A stretch of 64,000 bases of DNA from Tetramitus jugosus. Lineage: Eukaryota; Protista; Heterolobosea. Under the pieces are notes generated by a model. That model saw nothing but the letters and a program-made list of their open reading frames with translations, had not been told where the DNA came from and made no database searches. The stretch is taken from contig OW569355.1 of the NCBI GenBank assembly GCA_937625935.1, forward strand, positions 523,101 through 587,100, given 5' to 3'. How positions within the stretch are numbered: position 1 is the stretch's first letter; every line of letters begins with the position of its first letter. Positions 1 through 9,552 of this stretch are shown here, piece after piece. The position numbers and the translations under genes were made by a program.

Positions 1-192
1 AATGGGTGGAAATCGAACAGTATGAGCAGTAAGTGAGGAATCATTTGTATTATCAGTGTCAATGTTATTATCACCCACCATCATCATGCTCTCTTCATTG
101 TTCGTCATCCAATATTCAAACTTCAGTCCCAGAGGCACGAATTGAGTTTTCGTAGTCGCGAGGAAAACCGAAGAAAACAACTTTGGCGCCAT
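1..192 (-). CDS. Partial ORF running off the left edge (MAPKLFSSVFLATTKTQF...), unknown product
   Basis: ATG at 192, frame open to position 1; no recognisable motif. Confidence 0.3.
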   Translation of the reverse strand, partial: MAPKLFSSVFLATTKTQFVPLGLKFEYWMTNNEESMMMVGDNNIDTDNTNDSSLTAHTVRFPPI

Positions 193-671
193 GTGTATGT
201 CGGAGCAAAATGAGAATGAACATGATTTTCACACAAAATGAATGAACAATCGACAAGTACCGTTCCGTGGTACTGAACGTGCCACAATGTTAACGAGTGT
301 CGCTCATGTTGTCCATGGTCCCTTGAGCCATAAAAGAGTCAATCTTTGCGTCTCTCCCATCTTAGAACATCCTTTCTGGTCAAAATGAATGAATTGTTCT
401 GTTCTTTGTTTTTGTGGCAATCTCTGGTCATATCATGAAATTCAACATGTACTTGCGTTGAAGGTCTTGACCTTCCTTGTCCACATGTAACCTTGTTCTC
501 TCGTTGACGTCTTTGCGAGTTTCACATTTTCGCAAGATTCACCGATTTGATTGAACGTCAACCATGGCGGCGGTCAACTTCGTGAAAGTGTAGAATTCTA
601 AAAAATTCATTTTGAAAAAAACAACAAACTTCAAGGATACTTACCCACCCATAAGCCATAACACTTTCAAA

Positions 672-1466
672 ATGGTCAACACCACCGCACAATACGGAAT
701 TTCCACCAAGGTATGAAGACGACACGATATGAGTAATTGATGAACTACATCAACGGCAATATATTCCTCCATGAATGATGCACATGATGTGATTTCTTTT
801 CGGGAGCCAATATTTGCCTGTGACATGCGTTCAATGTTTTGTTTGAAGCCGGTTTACTGACCTTTTTGTTTTTTAAATCAATAGGTTAAGCACTATGAAA
901 TCATTGGTAGAGCTAAGCCAAAGTCCTCCACTGACAAGCCAACTCTTTACAAAATGAGAATTTTTGCGCCAAACACTGTTGTCGCCAAGAGCAGATTCTG
1001 GTACTTCATCAGAAGAAACTCCAAGGTCGAAGAGAAGATTAAGAAGGCAAACGGTGAAATCTTGCACATTGCTGAAGTCCCTGAAGAAGACACCACCACT
1101 GTCAAGAACTTCGGAATCTGGATCAGATACAACAGCAGATCCGGAATCACCAACATGTACAAGGAGTACAGAGATGTCAAGCTTGTCGGTGCTGTTCACC
1201 AATTGTTGGTCGAGATGGCTGCAAGACACAGAGCTAGATACCAAAACATTCACATCATCAAGACTATTATCGTCACCAGAACTGAACCAGCTGGTGAGGA
1301 AGACTCTGCTGAAGCAAAGGCTGAGCCATTCTTGAGAAGAGCTCAAAACTTGCAATTCGCTGCCAATGATGACATTAAGTTCCCATTGCCAAGATCCAAG
1401 CCAAAGATCGAGAAGCAACACAGAAAGATCTTCGCATACTCCAGACCAAAGATGTTCTCTTACTAA
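672..1466 (+). CDS. RPL18A: 60S ribosomal protein L18a (eL20); exons 672-710 and 885-1466
   Basis: MRIFAPN..VAKSRFWY, VKNFGIWIRYNSRSG..NMYKEYRD motifs; GTATGA..TAG intron 711-884 restores the in-frame N-terminus MVNTTAQYGISTKVKHYEIIGR. Confidence 0.95.
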
Positions 1467-2078
1467 ACAAGGTGTTAATGTTTTGTTTTTCGTTGGCTCC
1501 TTGAATTTAGTCGCGTAATACATGGTACCAACATAAATTCCTATTGTGAAAATTTTATCAATCGCCAAATCATTGTACCAGTTTCATTTTGATGTTCATC
1601 CGAAATTATTGTGCTCAATGTTTCGCCAACCACTGCCAACATCTTTGCCCGCTCTTGTGTCGTTGTTGCGGACTCTCTGCCAAAATGTCCAAGCACAATT
1701 ATCTTTTGAGTCAAACTCAACCATGATGAAGTCATGAACTGCAGACGATCTGACGTTTCAGCGTGGGCTCCTCATTGAACTCTCTCGAATAAACACCACC
1801 GCACGAACTGAACGTTCACACATCAAACCACACTGCAGCTACAGTTGAAGGATTCTATATTAACCCGACCCTTTTCGAATTGAAGCGCTACTTGAATTGT
1901 AAACTGATGATCACTTTTTCAAATTTTGTCAAACGTCACTCACTGGATGACAATACTTGATGTGTAACCTTTCACACTATAAATTGCTGATCACGTGTTG
2001 GCTCGTATCATTGATTCACAAAACAAAAACAAACAGTTGTAATTTAACCTCTCTCCAAAACTCTCTTAAATAATAATA

Positions 2079-3206
2079 ATGTGTGACGACGTTCAAGCCC
2101 TAGTTGTTGATAACGGATCTGGTATGTGTAAGGCTGGCTTTGCCGGTGATGACGCACCAAGAGCTGTCTTCCCTTCCATCATTGGTAGACCAAAGCAAAA
2201 GTCCATCATGGTCGGTATGGGTAACAAGGATGCCTATGTCGGTGATGAGGCTCAATCCAAGAGAGGTATCTTGACCTTGAAGTACCCAATTGAACACGGT
2301 ATTGTGACCAACTGGGACGATATGGAAAAGATCTGGCATCACACCTTCTACAATGAGTTGAGAGTTGCTCCAGAAGAGCACCCTGTCTTGTTGACTGAAG
2401 CTCCTTTGAACCCAAAGGCCAACAGAGAAAAGATGACTCAAATCATGTTTGAGACCTTCTCCGTCCCTGCAATGTACGTTGCTATCCAAGCTGTCTTGTC
2501 CTTGTACGCTTCCGGAAGAACCACTGGTATCGTCTTGGATTCTGGTGATGGTGTTTCCCACACTGTCCCTATCTATGAAGGTTATGCTTTGCCTCATGCC
2601 ATTTTGAGAATTGATTTGGCTGGTCGTGACTTGACTGACTACATGATGAAGATTTTGATGGAAAGAGGTTACTCATTCGGAACTACTGCCGAAAGAGAAA
2701 TTGTCAGAGATATCAAGGAAAAGCTTTGCTACATTGCTCTTGACTTTGACGAAGAAATGAAGAAGGCTGCAGAGTCCTCTGTCGTTGAAAAGTCCTATGA
2801 ATTGCCTGACGGTAATGTCATCACTGTCGGTAACGAAAGATTCAGATGCCCTGAAGTTTTGTTCCAACCAAACTTTATTGGTATGGAAGCTGCTGGTGTC
2901 CATGAAACCACCTTCAACTCCATTGGTAAGACTGATATTGATATCAGAAAGGACTTGTACGGAAACGTTGTCTTGTCCGGTGGTACAACCATGTTCGAGG
3001 GTATTGCTGAGAGATTGACCAAGGAATTGACCAATATGGCTCCTGCTTCCATGAAGATCAAGGTTGTTGCTCCACCAGAGAGAAAGTACTCTGTCTGGAT
3101 TGGTGGCTCCATCTTGGCTTCCTTGTCCACTTTCCAACAAATGTGGATCTCCAAGGAAGAATACGAAGACTCTGGTCCAGGTATTGTCCACAGAAAGTGC
3201 TTCTAA
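2079..3206 (+). CDS. ACT: Actin (conventional, 375 aa, intronless)
   Basis: [10 protein letters not shown], full-length actin ending VHRKCF; [18 protein letters not shown] is Naegleria-like. Confidence 0.99.
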
Positions 3207-3687
3207 ATCTTTTCATAAACATTTTTCTTACATACAACGTCGATCCCTTTCTTATGAGATGCTCATGTTTGTCAGTTTCTGTTTGAGATCAGACTGACTT
3301 AACATGATTACTCGGTTTCAATTTCATCCCCATTCAACAAATAGAGGAGAACAAGACGTTCCAGCACAATATGTCATTATGGCTATTGGATTCAGCGAAT
3401 TCCTTGGCGTATGAACGAGTCCATGATGTGGCAGTGAGAAAGTTTAAAACAATTTAACAGAGACCGAACTAACCACAGTTCTCTCTTTTATTGAGACAAA
3501 CCGAGGAAGATGAGTTGATTCGGCTGATTTGTGAGTTTTGATTTTCTTTTCTTTCCGTAGACAGAGTCCGGCCCACACCGGAGTAACCAAACACTGTCCA
3601 GGTGCAAGCTCTTGGACAGTTCTACCAAGGTCTCATACCAGTAACCAATCAATTCAAAGTTTGGAAAACAGAGTAAGAACCATCAAG

Positions 3688-4635
3688 ATGATAATCCGCT
3701 CACCAGTTAAAAAGGACAGTAAGGTAGTTAGGAAGCTAACAAAGATTTCCTTCACTGTTGACTCCTATGATTATGAACAATTAAAGGGAATGAAGACAAG
3801 AGCCATGCGGGCGGTCGAAGAAAACTCTATGGACAAAGGGGCCGATATTCTCTTCGGAACAAGAGAGGATCGCAAGGAATACTTTGCCATCATCCAAGGT
3901 CAAGATGAAGAACAAGAAGATAAAATAGCTCTCTTTATTGAAAACTTCTTCCTTTTGAATGAAGTCTTCAACAAAACTGTGGTGAGATCAAAGGTCAGTA
4001 AGATCTTGAGTGAAGGGATTAGCATTCAACAGGTCAAGCTGGAAAACGAAGATCCTGACAATCAGTACATCTCTGGGGAGGTAGCCCCCCAACCAAAATT
4101 TGATGCTGTTGTCTACAAGGAGGCGACTAAGAACAGCCTTTTGGCGAAGAAACGAAGGTTGAAAGAGATTTTCGTGAGTGACAGTGCCCCTTCGGAGCAA
4201 GAAGCAAATATAAATCCACCCCAGAAGAAGCTCAAACCTCAGTTTCCCTTCAACATTGATAGGGGACGTGGGACTAGTTCAATGAGTCATGATAGGCTTG
4301 TGGAGAAATATCAAGAAAGGATAGCTCAGGTGAAGAGTGAACATCGTGCGGAAGTAGCCCAGTTGAGAAATCAGTACAAGCAGCTTATCAAGGAACACCA
4401 AGAGCAGAATAAGGAGAATCAAGTGAAGACCAATCAACTCCGAGCGCAGATCACGGAGTTGACCAATCAACATCAAGCTGAGATCACGGTGTTGACCAAT
4501 CAACACCAAGCGCAGATCACGGAGTTGACCAATCAACACCAATTGAAGATTGACGAGATGATCGAGGAACAATACAAGAAGATTGACAAGCTTACCGAGG
4601 AATATCGCGAGGACCTGAGAAATATGAAGGAATGA
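3688..4635 (+). CDS. Orphan coiled-coil protein with 11-aa tandem repeats, possibly element-encoded
   Basis: Open frame from first ATG 3688; AATAAA downstream; flanked by 12-bp direct repeat TCTTTTATTGAG (3484-3495, 4684-4695). Confidence 0.55.
   Translation: MIIRSPVKKDSKVVRKLTKISFTVDSYDYEQLKGMKTRAMRAVEENSMDKGADILFGTREDRKEYFAIIQGQDEEQEDKIALFIENFFLLNEVFNKTVVRSKVSKILSEGISIQQVKLENEDPDNQYISGEVAPQPKFDAVVYKEATKNSLLAKKRRLKEIFVSDSAPSEQEANINPPQKKLKPQFPFNIDRGRGTSSMSHDRLVEKYQERIAQVKSEHRAEVAQLRNQYKQLIKEHQEQNKENQVKTNQLRAQITELTNQHQAEITVLTNQHQAQITELTNQHQLKIDEMIEEQYKKIDKLTEEYREDLRNMKE
4429..4542 (+). repeat. 33-bp tandem repeat x3.5 (consensus ACCAATCAACACCAAGCGCAGATCACGGAGTTG) encoding TNQHQAQITEL
   Basis: Read directly from sequence. 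Confidence 0.9.
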
Positions 4636-4710
4636 AGGGTTTAAAAACCGATTCAACCAGATCCGGAACATTCAATAAATACGTCTTTTATTGAGGCATT
4701 CGGTGCTGTG

Positions 4711-4818
4711 CCTGGTCCACTTTCCAACAAATGGGAATCTCCAAGGAAGAATACGAAGACTCTGGTCCAGGTATTGTCCACAGAAAGTGCTTCTAAATCT
4801 TTTCATAAACAATTTTCT
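4711..4818 (+). pseudogene. Duplicated actin 3' end plus start of 3'UTR
   Basis: 108-bp copy of 3121-3228 with 4 mismatches. Confidence 0.92.
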
Positions 4819-5615
4819 GAAAGGTCCTCCCATTTACTCTCTGCTCTCGACGGGGTATTGTCTCATCATCAAAGTTTGCTCTACAGAGACTCTAGAGTCA
4901 CTCGCCTTCATTCATTTGTGACACCATAATTTTCAGCAACTCATGAGACCTTGGTCCGATCTTACATCCTGGAACTTGTTTTTGATCTCTTTTAAACTCT
5001 TTACTCTCGCACCAACCATCAGCTGACTTCTGTTAGTGATTCCATCCTTTCTTGTTTTGGGCCTTGTTGCTCATCAGATCACCCAGTGTGATCCTAGCAC
5101 TCCTCTTCTGGTTGTCATTGAGTTGTGGACTCTGAATCTCCTTTTCGGAGTCATCATCCACATCCACAATGACTGGTTCGTCCTCAGTGGTGCTCTCTTG
5201 CTCTTTCTCTTGGTTTTCCTCTGATCATCACTGGCTTATATCTTAGAGTTAGTTTCTTCATCACTTGCTCCTTTTGGGCAACCTTTCTGCTCAGTGCTTC
5301 GACCATCAGTATTAACTCCTTTCTAGTACTCTCTATCTTCTTGTTAACAGTGATATGCGGTTCCACTTTGTGTTCCATGTATTTGCTTACCTTCATTGTC
5401 AGTGAGGCATCTCCAACTACAGCTTGAGCGTATGTCTGTGACTTCATTGTCACAAACGCTGTGTTGTTTGTCAATACCACTTGCTATACTTTGTCAGCAC
5501 CGACCAGTGCTGAAACTTCTTCCTCTGCTTTCCTTCTACCCCATACATGACAAACTTTTTGTCATTATCGAGCCCTCTCTTGGAATGTTTCCGTTCGGTC
5601 GGACATATCTTCGTT
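4819..5615 (-). mobile_element. Decayed, frameshifted ORF (retroelement ORF1-like), homologous to the subtelomeric ORF at 58.7-59.7 kb
   Basis: Fragments TYAQAV, IQSPQLNDNQKRSARITLGD and VPGCKIGPRSHELLKIMVSQ in different frames; the last two match 59211-59286 and 59645-59705. Confidence 0.55.
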
Positions 5616-5630
5616 TTTTGTTGATTGAAT

Positions 5631-6612
5631 TTTTTTTTTTTTTTTTTTCCATACAACATTTGTTGCCACTTTATTCTATACCCTACTGTGAGTCATGATT
5701 CCGCTCGGCACCGTTAGGTGACGAGCAGTGTTTCACTCCTCTGCGCGACAGAGTTAATATATATCTTGTATAGTGCCTTGATGCACGACCTTTTGATTGA
5801 ATCAATGATTCTCCTTATCTTTTTCTCTGCTTCAACTCTCTTCTTACCAGAGAGCTTCATTTCGTCCAGGAGTTCATCCTTGAAGTCTCCTTCCTTTCCC
5901 ATCAGTCCCTCCAGTGTTCCTTCAGGCGTTCGATTTACATTTCGTGGTTGTATCTTTCCACTCTCGTACAGAACATCCTCGAACCATATAGGGGCCTTGA
6001 CAGAGTCCGGCAGACTCAACTTGTCCAGCTTCACCTTCAGCTCTTCAACCAACTTGCTTCTTGCAATTCTTGCGAGTTCGCACTCCACGAGTAGATGCAC
6101 AATGGTTTCTGGAGCTTTGCAACAATGTGCGCAAGTGACATCGAACAGGGGATTGTACAACTGTCGAATGACAGTCCGTGTGTGGAGAGTCCCACTTCTC
6201 ACCTGATGATAGAACCAAAGTTCCTTTCTTTCCAGACCAAATGGGCACTTGAGAAAGTTATTCCTCTCCTTGTCTTGCTGCAATGCAGCTTCCAACCACC
6301 ATCCCGCATGTTTTGAGATAGTATCACTCCTACTCATTGAGAAGTGATCAGTCAGTTCCTTCCTGATGTTATCCCCAACAAGCGCCCTACCACTGACAGA
6401 CACTGAGACCTTTTGCTGCCCGGTTCTCTGAGCAAACCGCTTTTCATCGCACGGTTTACCAAGCAGTTCCAAGTAAGCACGAATCCTCATGTACTTTTTT
6501 TGGCCAATACCTGACATCTTAAACCTTGACTTCGCTTCTTTGTAGGGCATTGTCATGATACCATCATCATCAAAAAGCTGATGGTTTTTAACAACCCCAC
6601 AGCGCCGGAGTA
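5631..6612 (-). mobile_element. 5'-truncated non-LTR (L1/Tx1/TRE-like) retrotransposon: ORF2 C-terminus, 3'UTR, poly(A), 15-bp TSD
   Basis: CCHC zinc knuckle CAHCCKAPETIVHLLVEC; stop at 5714; T19 run at 5630-5648; TTTTGTTGATTGAAT at 5616-5630 and 6613-6627. Confidence 0.88.
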
Positions 6613-6655
6613 TTTTGTTGATTGAATATATATAATTTGAGAGGGGTAATATCAA

Positions 6656-6729
6656 GCAGGCGTGGCTCAATTGGATAGAGTATCGGCCTACGGAGCCGGG
6701 GGTTGCGGGTTCGAGTCCCGCCGTCTGTA
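6656..6729 (+). tRNA. trnR-ACG: tRNA-Arg(ACG)
   Basis: Acceptor stem GCAGGCG/CGTCTGT, A box TGGCTCAATTGG, anticodon arm TCGGC-CTACGGA-GCCGG, T arm GGTTCGAGTCC, T4 downstream. Confidence 0.96.
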
Positions 6730-6785
6730 ACATCACTTTTATGATTATTTTTCTCGCTGCTGACCACTACGGCAAATTAAGCAAA

Positions 6786-7634
6786 ATGAAGGAAAGTTCG
6801 ACCACAGATTGTCCATATACTCCATCTTCGTATGTAGTACCCGAGGGAGAATCGTGGGTGCATTCCTCGATATCTTCCTATCAGGTTCTGTTCGTACGAT
6901 TCTTGGCTCTACTTTTAACAATTTCCATCGTGGTAAGTTCACCTCCCAATGACAAATTCTAGGTCTTTAGATATCCTTACCAAGAACTGAGCTATTGATT
7001 TGAGATTTGATTGCACTTTCATGACTGTTCGAATCTGATCCAATTCTTCTTATAGGTCTTCTCTATCACGTTGTTTGGTGCAACATTATCGACGGATATT
7101 GTCCTCGTGATGCTCAGGAAGAAATCATATGCGAGTCCATTGAGGCCGAGAAACTATGGGCCAGAGTTTGGAGTTTTAGGACTTCCATTCATTTTCACTA
7201 TTTTAGTTGCTGTTGCTAGTGTGATACCAATGATTCTTACTCTGGTGATGTTCGGAAGGACATTGGATTTTTCTTCCAGGTCAGCTGGATCTTTTAAAAG
7301 AATGATCTACACGATTAGCATGATCTATTTCTCGAGTATGGTTGTTTCAATCACTTATTTCCTTTCGATCACTATTGCCATACCATTCTTTAGGAAGAGG
7401 GCCTTTTTCTATTGGGCAATATTTTGTTCGGAACCTGGGTTTGAAGCAGAGAAGAACTGCAAACTATTGAACTCGTCCGTCCAGCTCATGAATGCCATGG
7501 CTGCCTTCCTCTTTGTCCTATGTTCAACTCAGGTCATCTACCTTTTCATTTTGCTAGTGGTTCGATTCAGGAGAAGTTCAGCCACAAAGGGAACAACAAC
7601 AGTACACACAGAGGCCACAGTCAATACCATCTGA
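6786..7634 (+). CDS. Multi-pass (about 4 TM) membrane protein; intron 6933-7055
   Basis: GTAAGT..TAG intron joins two hydrophobic ORFs in frame. Confidence 0.7.
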
Positions 7635-7745
7635 GAGTAAACATGCATTCCTCGCGAATACCAAGAGCTGAGAAGAAATCTTTTTATAGTTCTCACAACA
7701 AACAACAAAACTCTTGATCCACAACCAAAAAAACACAACAACAGA

Positions 7746-8366
7746 ATGTCAAAGTGTGAGCAAGAGCACGATCACAGTCACGATGAGCCAGAGTCAGGCT
7801 TCGAACAAACTCTGTTTCCCTATATTGACACCACAAAGATTGTTTGTCTCAATGAGCACTCTCCCGGTGCAGGCAAACGAATTTTGAAGCCATTTGATCA
7901 AAAACTCACTCAGGACCCGTATCTCGAAAGCTCTGTCGATGAAGAATTGATTCTCGTGATACCGTTCACAGTGTCTGTCAATGTAAAATCGATTATTGTC
8001 ATTGGTGCAGATGAGGACTCGTGTCCTTCACGTGTCAAGCTGTTCAAGAACCGGGATGACATTGACTTTGGTAATGCAGATGAGATTACTGCTGAACAAA
8101 CGCTTGATATTGCGTTTGACAAACGAGGTGAAGTGGATTTGATGGTACGGCCCAGCAAATTCCAAAATGTCAATCAATTGACACTGTATTTCCCATCGAA
8201 TCACAGTGATGGAGAAGAACAGACAAGGATTGTCTATGTGGGTATCAAGGGGACAAGTACGAATTATAGACGAGGTGTCGTAGAGAATGCCATCTATGAA
8301 TCGAAGCCTCAATTGTCTGATCACTCGATCAAGTCAGAGACTACACCAACCATGAGATTTGATTGA
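7746..8366 (+). CDS. PITHD1: PITH domain-containing protein 1
   Basis: HDHSHD N-terminus, CLNE, LESSVDEELILVIPFT, FQNVNQLTLYF, IYESKPQLSDH. Confidence 0.9.
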   Translation: MSKCEQEHDHSHDEPESGFEQTLFPYIDTTKIVCLNEHSPGAGKRILKPFDQKLTQDPYLESSVDEELILVIPFTVSVNVKSIIVIGADEDSCPSRVKLFKNRDDIDFGNADEITAEQTLDIAFDKRGEVDLMVRPSKFQNVNQLTLYFPSNHSDGEEQTRIVYVGIKGTSTNYRRGVVENAIYESKPQLSDHSIKSETTPTMRFD

Positions 8367-8679
8367 AGATAGATGACAATAAACAATAACATTTAGAAGA
8401 AGACATCCATTATGATGGGAATTCACAAATCTTGTGATTCTAACTCTGAAAAAGAGCGAAGCGAGTGTATTCATCCTGCCCATGTGTGCGAACCGAATCG
8501 TTTCGGATGATGAACGTTTACGTAATTTGAGCTCCAAAACTCCGCAGAACCGTTACACATTTACATGAGAGAGGATGGAGGTATAAAAGGCATAGCTCGT
8601 GCTTGACTTCATGCAGATAACACAAGATACAAACCAACACAACAACTTACTTCTACATCAACTAAATCTGTATTAACAA

Positions 8680-9252
8680 ATGACCTGCCTATCTCCACCA
8701 TGCAAAAGAACAACTCCTCTACCTCTCGGTTTTGGATCTTCTACTCCAAGATCAAAGCAAATTACAGCTGGGATTCCGTTCATTAAATCCAGAGCTATCA
8801 CCAAAGCAGTATCTCCCAAATTTTCAACTGCTGAAAGAATCAAGAACAGAAGACCTCTTGCTAGAATCTTACCAAAGAAAACAGGGCTACAGATGGAGTC
8901 TGATCTGATCAAATCCTGGTTCACTGCTGCATTTGAAGAGAAACTTCAAGAAGATCCATACATCTCCTCAAAGTTTGACAAGAACCATCCAATCCTTTCT
9001 GTTGAGGAGTTTCAAATCAGAGTCTTGGAGAAGAACTTGAGAAGCGTTGCTGCAGAGAAGAAGGTAAAGTCTGATATCCAGGCTGACAACTATCACATTT
9101 CTGCTCCCATCCTGAGACAAGTATTCCGCGTCCACAAAGCCATGTTCGAATTGAGAGAACAGGGCAAGGTTGTTGTTCTCAAGGCAGCTCCTGGAGTTGA
9201 AGTGGCCAACAACAGAACCAAGTATTCTTGTGTCCTATTTGAATCGCTCTAA
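8680..9252 (+). CDS. Hypothetical protein
   Basis: 190-aa ORF with A-rich start context; no motif recognised. Confidence 0.6.
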   Translation: MTCLSPPCKRTTPLPLGFGSSTPRSKQITAGIPFIKSRAITKAVSPKFSTAERIKNRRPLARILPKKTGLQMESDLIKSWFTAAFEEKLQEDPYISSKFDKNHPILSVEEFQIRVLEKNLRSVAAEKKVKSDIQADNYHISAPILRQVFRVHKAMFELREQGKVVVLKAAPGVEVANNRTKYSCVLFESL

Positions 9253-9552
9253 AACGCTTATGTGAGAAGATATTGTACAGCCTATCTTATCATTGACCCC
9301 ACTCAAAATGTCCATGGTCTAATGCACCTTGGACCTCTCCTTGCACCTCAGAGTGCCACAACAAACATGAACCCTCATCAAAAACCTGTCAGAAATAAAT
9401 TGCTCCTTTCATTGTGTGAAACACCAAACAAAAAGCAACAACACACACGTCACCACCGCACAAACAAAACAAACAGATCTTTTTCATCCAATTTCATCAC
9501 CTACCAAAAACACAACAATTGGACAATTACACCACCAACAACAACAACAACA

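Noticed and set aside
641-826. 61-aa minus-strand ORF
   Set aside because: Antisense to RPL18A exon 1 and intron; no motif
873-3191. Long minus-strand ORFs opposite RPL18A and actin
   Set aside because: Shadow ORFs caused by codon bias of highly expressed genes
4429-4542. 33-bp repeats as a CRISPR-like array
   Set aside because: No spacers; in-frame coding tandem repeat in a eukaryote
6613-6736. N-terminus of the 340-aa ORF (MMLQTAGLEPATPGSVGRYSIQLSH)
   Set aside because: It is the antisense of tRNA-Arg plus the TSD/spacer; the element starts at 6612
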